Shown here in pieces: positions 62,876 to 64,000 of a stretch of 64,000 bases of DNA. Under the pieces are notes generated by a model. The model saw only the letters and a list, made by a program, of their open reading frames with translations. It was not told where the DNA came from and did not search any database. The translations under genes were made by a program, and so were the position numbers. Location: assembly GCF_963921235.1 (NCBI RefSeq), contig NC_086121.1, positions 23,312,001 to 23,376,000 on the forward strand, read 5' to 3'. Source of the DNA: Mobula hypostoma. Taxonomy: Eukaryota. The number at the start of each line of letters is the position of its first letter. Positions within the stretch are counted from its first letter, which is position 1.

Positions 62876-63256
62876 TGACCTCCTATGCACGTCAGGGCCC
62901 GGTCAATTTACCGTGCAAACCAGCGGCCGCGTGAGCAACTGCCATATTCTCGCCATCAACCCGATACGGTTCACAAGGCAAGCTTACTTCCATCAAATCC
63001 GCAAAGATTCCGGTGTCCTTGGTAGAAGACATTATGTCCTTCTCAGCTGAAGTTTGACTCTCAAGTTCTTGGGCTGGGCTTTGCTCCTCTTGCTGGATGA
63101 CAAAGCGCAGTCTTGTTCACTTCAGTTGTTGGACTTAAATCACTGAGGCTCCTACGGGGAAGCACCCAATCTCTGGATCATGTTCTTGATAACAGAGCGG
63201 GAGAGCAAGGCTCTAGTCTTCTCCACCTACCTCCACCCTAGTATTATTTGGATCTA

Positions 63257-64000
63257 CAGTGGTATGCAAAAGTTTGGGCACCCCTGGTCAAAATTTCTGT
63301 TACTGTGAATAGTTAAGTGAGTAGAAGATCTCCAAAAGTCATAAAGATAAAGACGAAACACTCTTTTCAACATTTTAAGCAAGATTAGTGTATTATTTTT
63401 GTTTTGTACAATTTTAGAGTGAAAAAAAGGAAAGGAGCACCATGCAGAAGTTTGGGCACCCCAAGAGATTTGAGCTCTCAGATAACTTTTACCAAGGTCT
63501 CAGATCTTAATTAGCTTGTTAGGGCTATGGCTTGTTTACAGTCATCATTAGGAAAGGCCAGGTGATGCAAATTTCAAAGCTTTATAAATACCCTGACTCC
63601 TCAAACCTTGTCCCAACAATCAGCAGCCATGGGCTCCTCTAAGCAGCTGCCTAGCACTTTGAAAATTAAAATAAATGATGCCCACAAAACAGGAGAAGGC
63701 TATAAGAAGAAAGCAAAGCGTTTTCAGGTAGCTGTTTCCTCAGTTCGTAATGTAATTAAGAAATGGCAGTTAACAGGAACGGTGGAGGTCAAGTTGAGGT
63801 CTGGAAGACCAAGGAAACTTTCCGAGAGAACTGCTCGTAGGATTGCTAGAAAGGCAAATCAAACCCCCGTTTGACTGCAAAAGACCTTCAGAAAGATTTA
63901 GCAGACTCTGGAGTGGTGGTGCACTGTTCTACTGTGCAGCGACACCTGCACAAATATGACCTTCGTGGAACAGTCATCAGAAGAAAACCTTTCCTGCATC
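63257..64000 (+). mobile_element. Tc1-family IR/DR transposon, left end plus frameshifted transposase N-terminus (runs off the window)
   Basis: TA-cagtggtatgcaaaagtttgggcacccc with an inner direct repeat at about 63441-63462. ATG at 63629: MGSSKQL...GEGYKK...SGRPRKLS, frameshift at about 63862, then PRLTAKDL...STVQRHL...RRKPFL. Confidence 0.92.

Larger units (their letters stand above)
60112..62877 (-). mobile_element. Young, 5'-truncated Neptune-type Penelope-like retroelement (RT + Cys linker + GIY-YIG EN + pLTR)
   Basis: RT motifs MDVQSLYTSIP, QTKGAAMGTRMGP, RYIDD, LPFLDL and YYKPTD; CKRNKCYTC linker; EN VIY...CSRC..LYIGET. 12-bp TSD acctcctatgca at 60100-60111 and 62878-62889. Confidence 0.95.

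Noticed and set aside
62294-62890. Pro-rich and Gly-rich ORFs
   Set aside because: Produced by the polypurine tract plus out-of-frame PLE sequence.
1-64000. CRISPR array, rRNA or prokaryotic defence system
   Set aside because: This is eukaryotic intron-exon DNA. The repeats are dispersed TE copies, not regularly spaced repeat-spacer units.

Overview
Repeat-dense vertebrate genomic DNA, most likely from a cartilaginous fish (inferred from the repeat repertoire; not proven). It holds three + strand protein-coding genes: an intronless V1R/ORA-family chemoreceptor (ORA3/4 clade, 11861-12793), an 8-exon OTUD3 deubiquitinase (24824-44103, 391 aa reconstructed, GT-AG introns) and single-exon RNF186 (53884-54525). 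The rest is mostly mobile DNA: CR1, L1 and Rex/Babar LINE fragments, tRNA-derived SINEs, Tc1/mariner and hAT elements, and about 20 pieces of a Neptune-type Penelope-like retroelement (PLE). The most striking signal is that the PLE 3' end carries a minimal type I hammerhead ribozyme (CUGAYGA-A-stem II-GAAA-C-NUH), intact in several copies. The same end is also mobilised as tiny fold-back elements with 12-14 bp target-site duplications (TSDs) and two discrete 3' ends about 35 nt apart. All coordinates and alignments were read by eye; no database searches were run.
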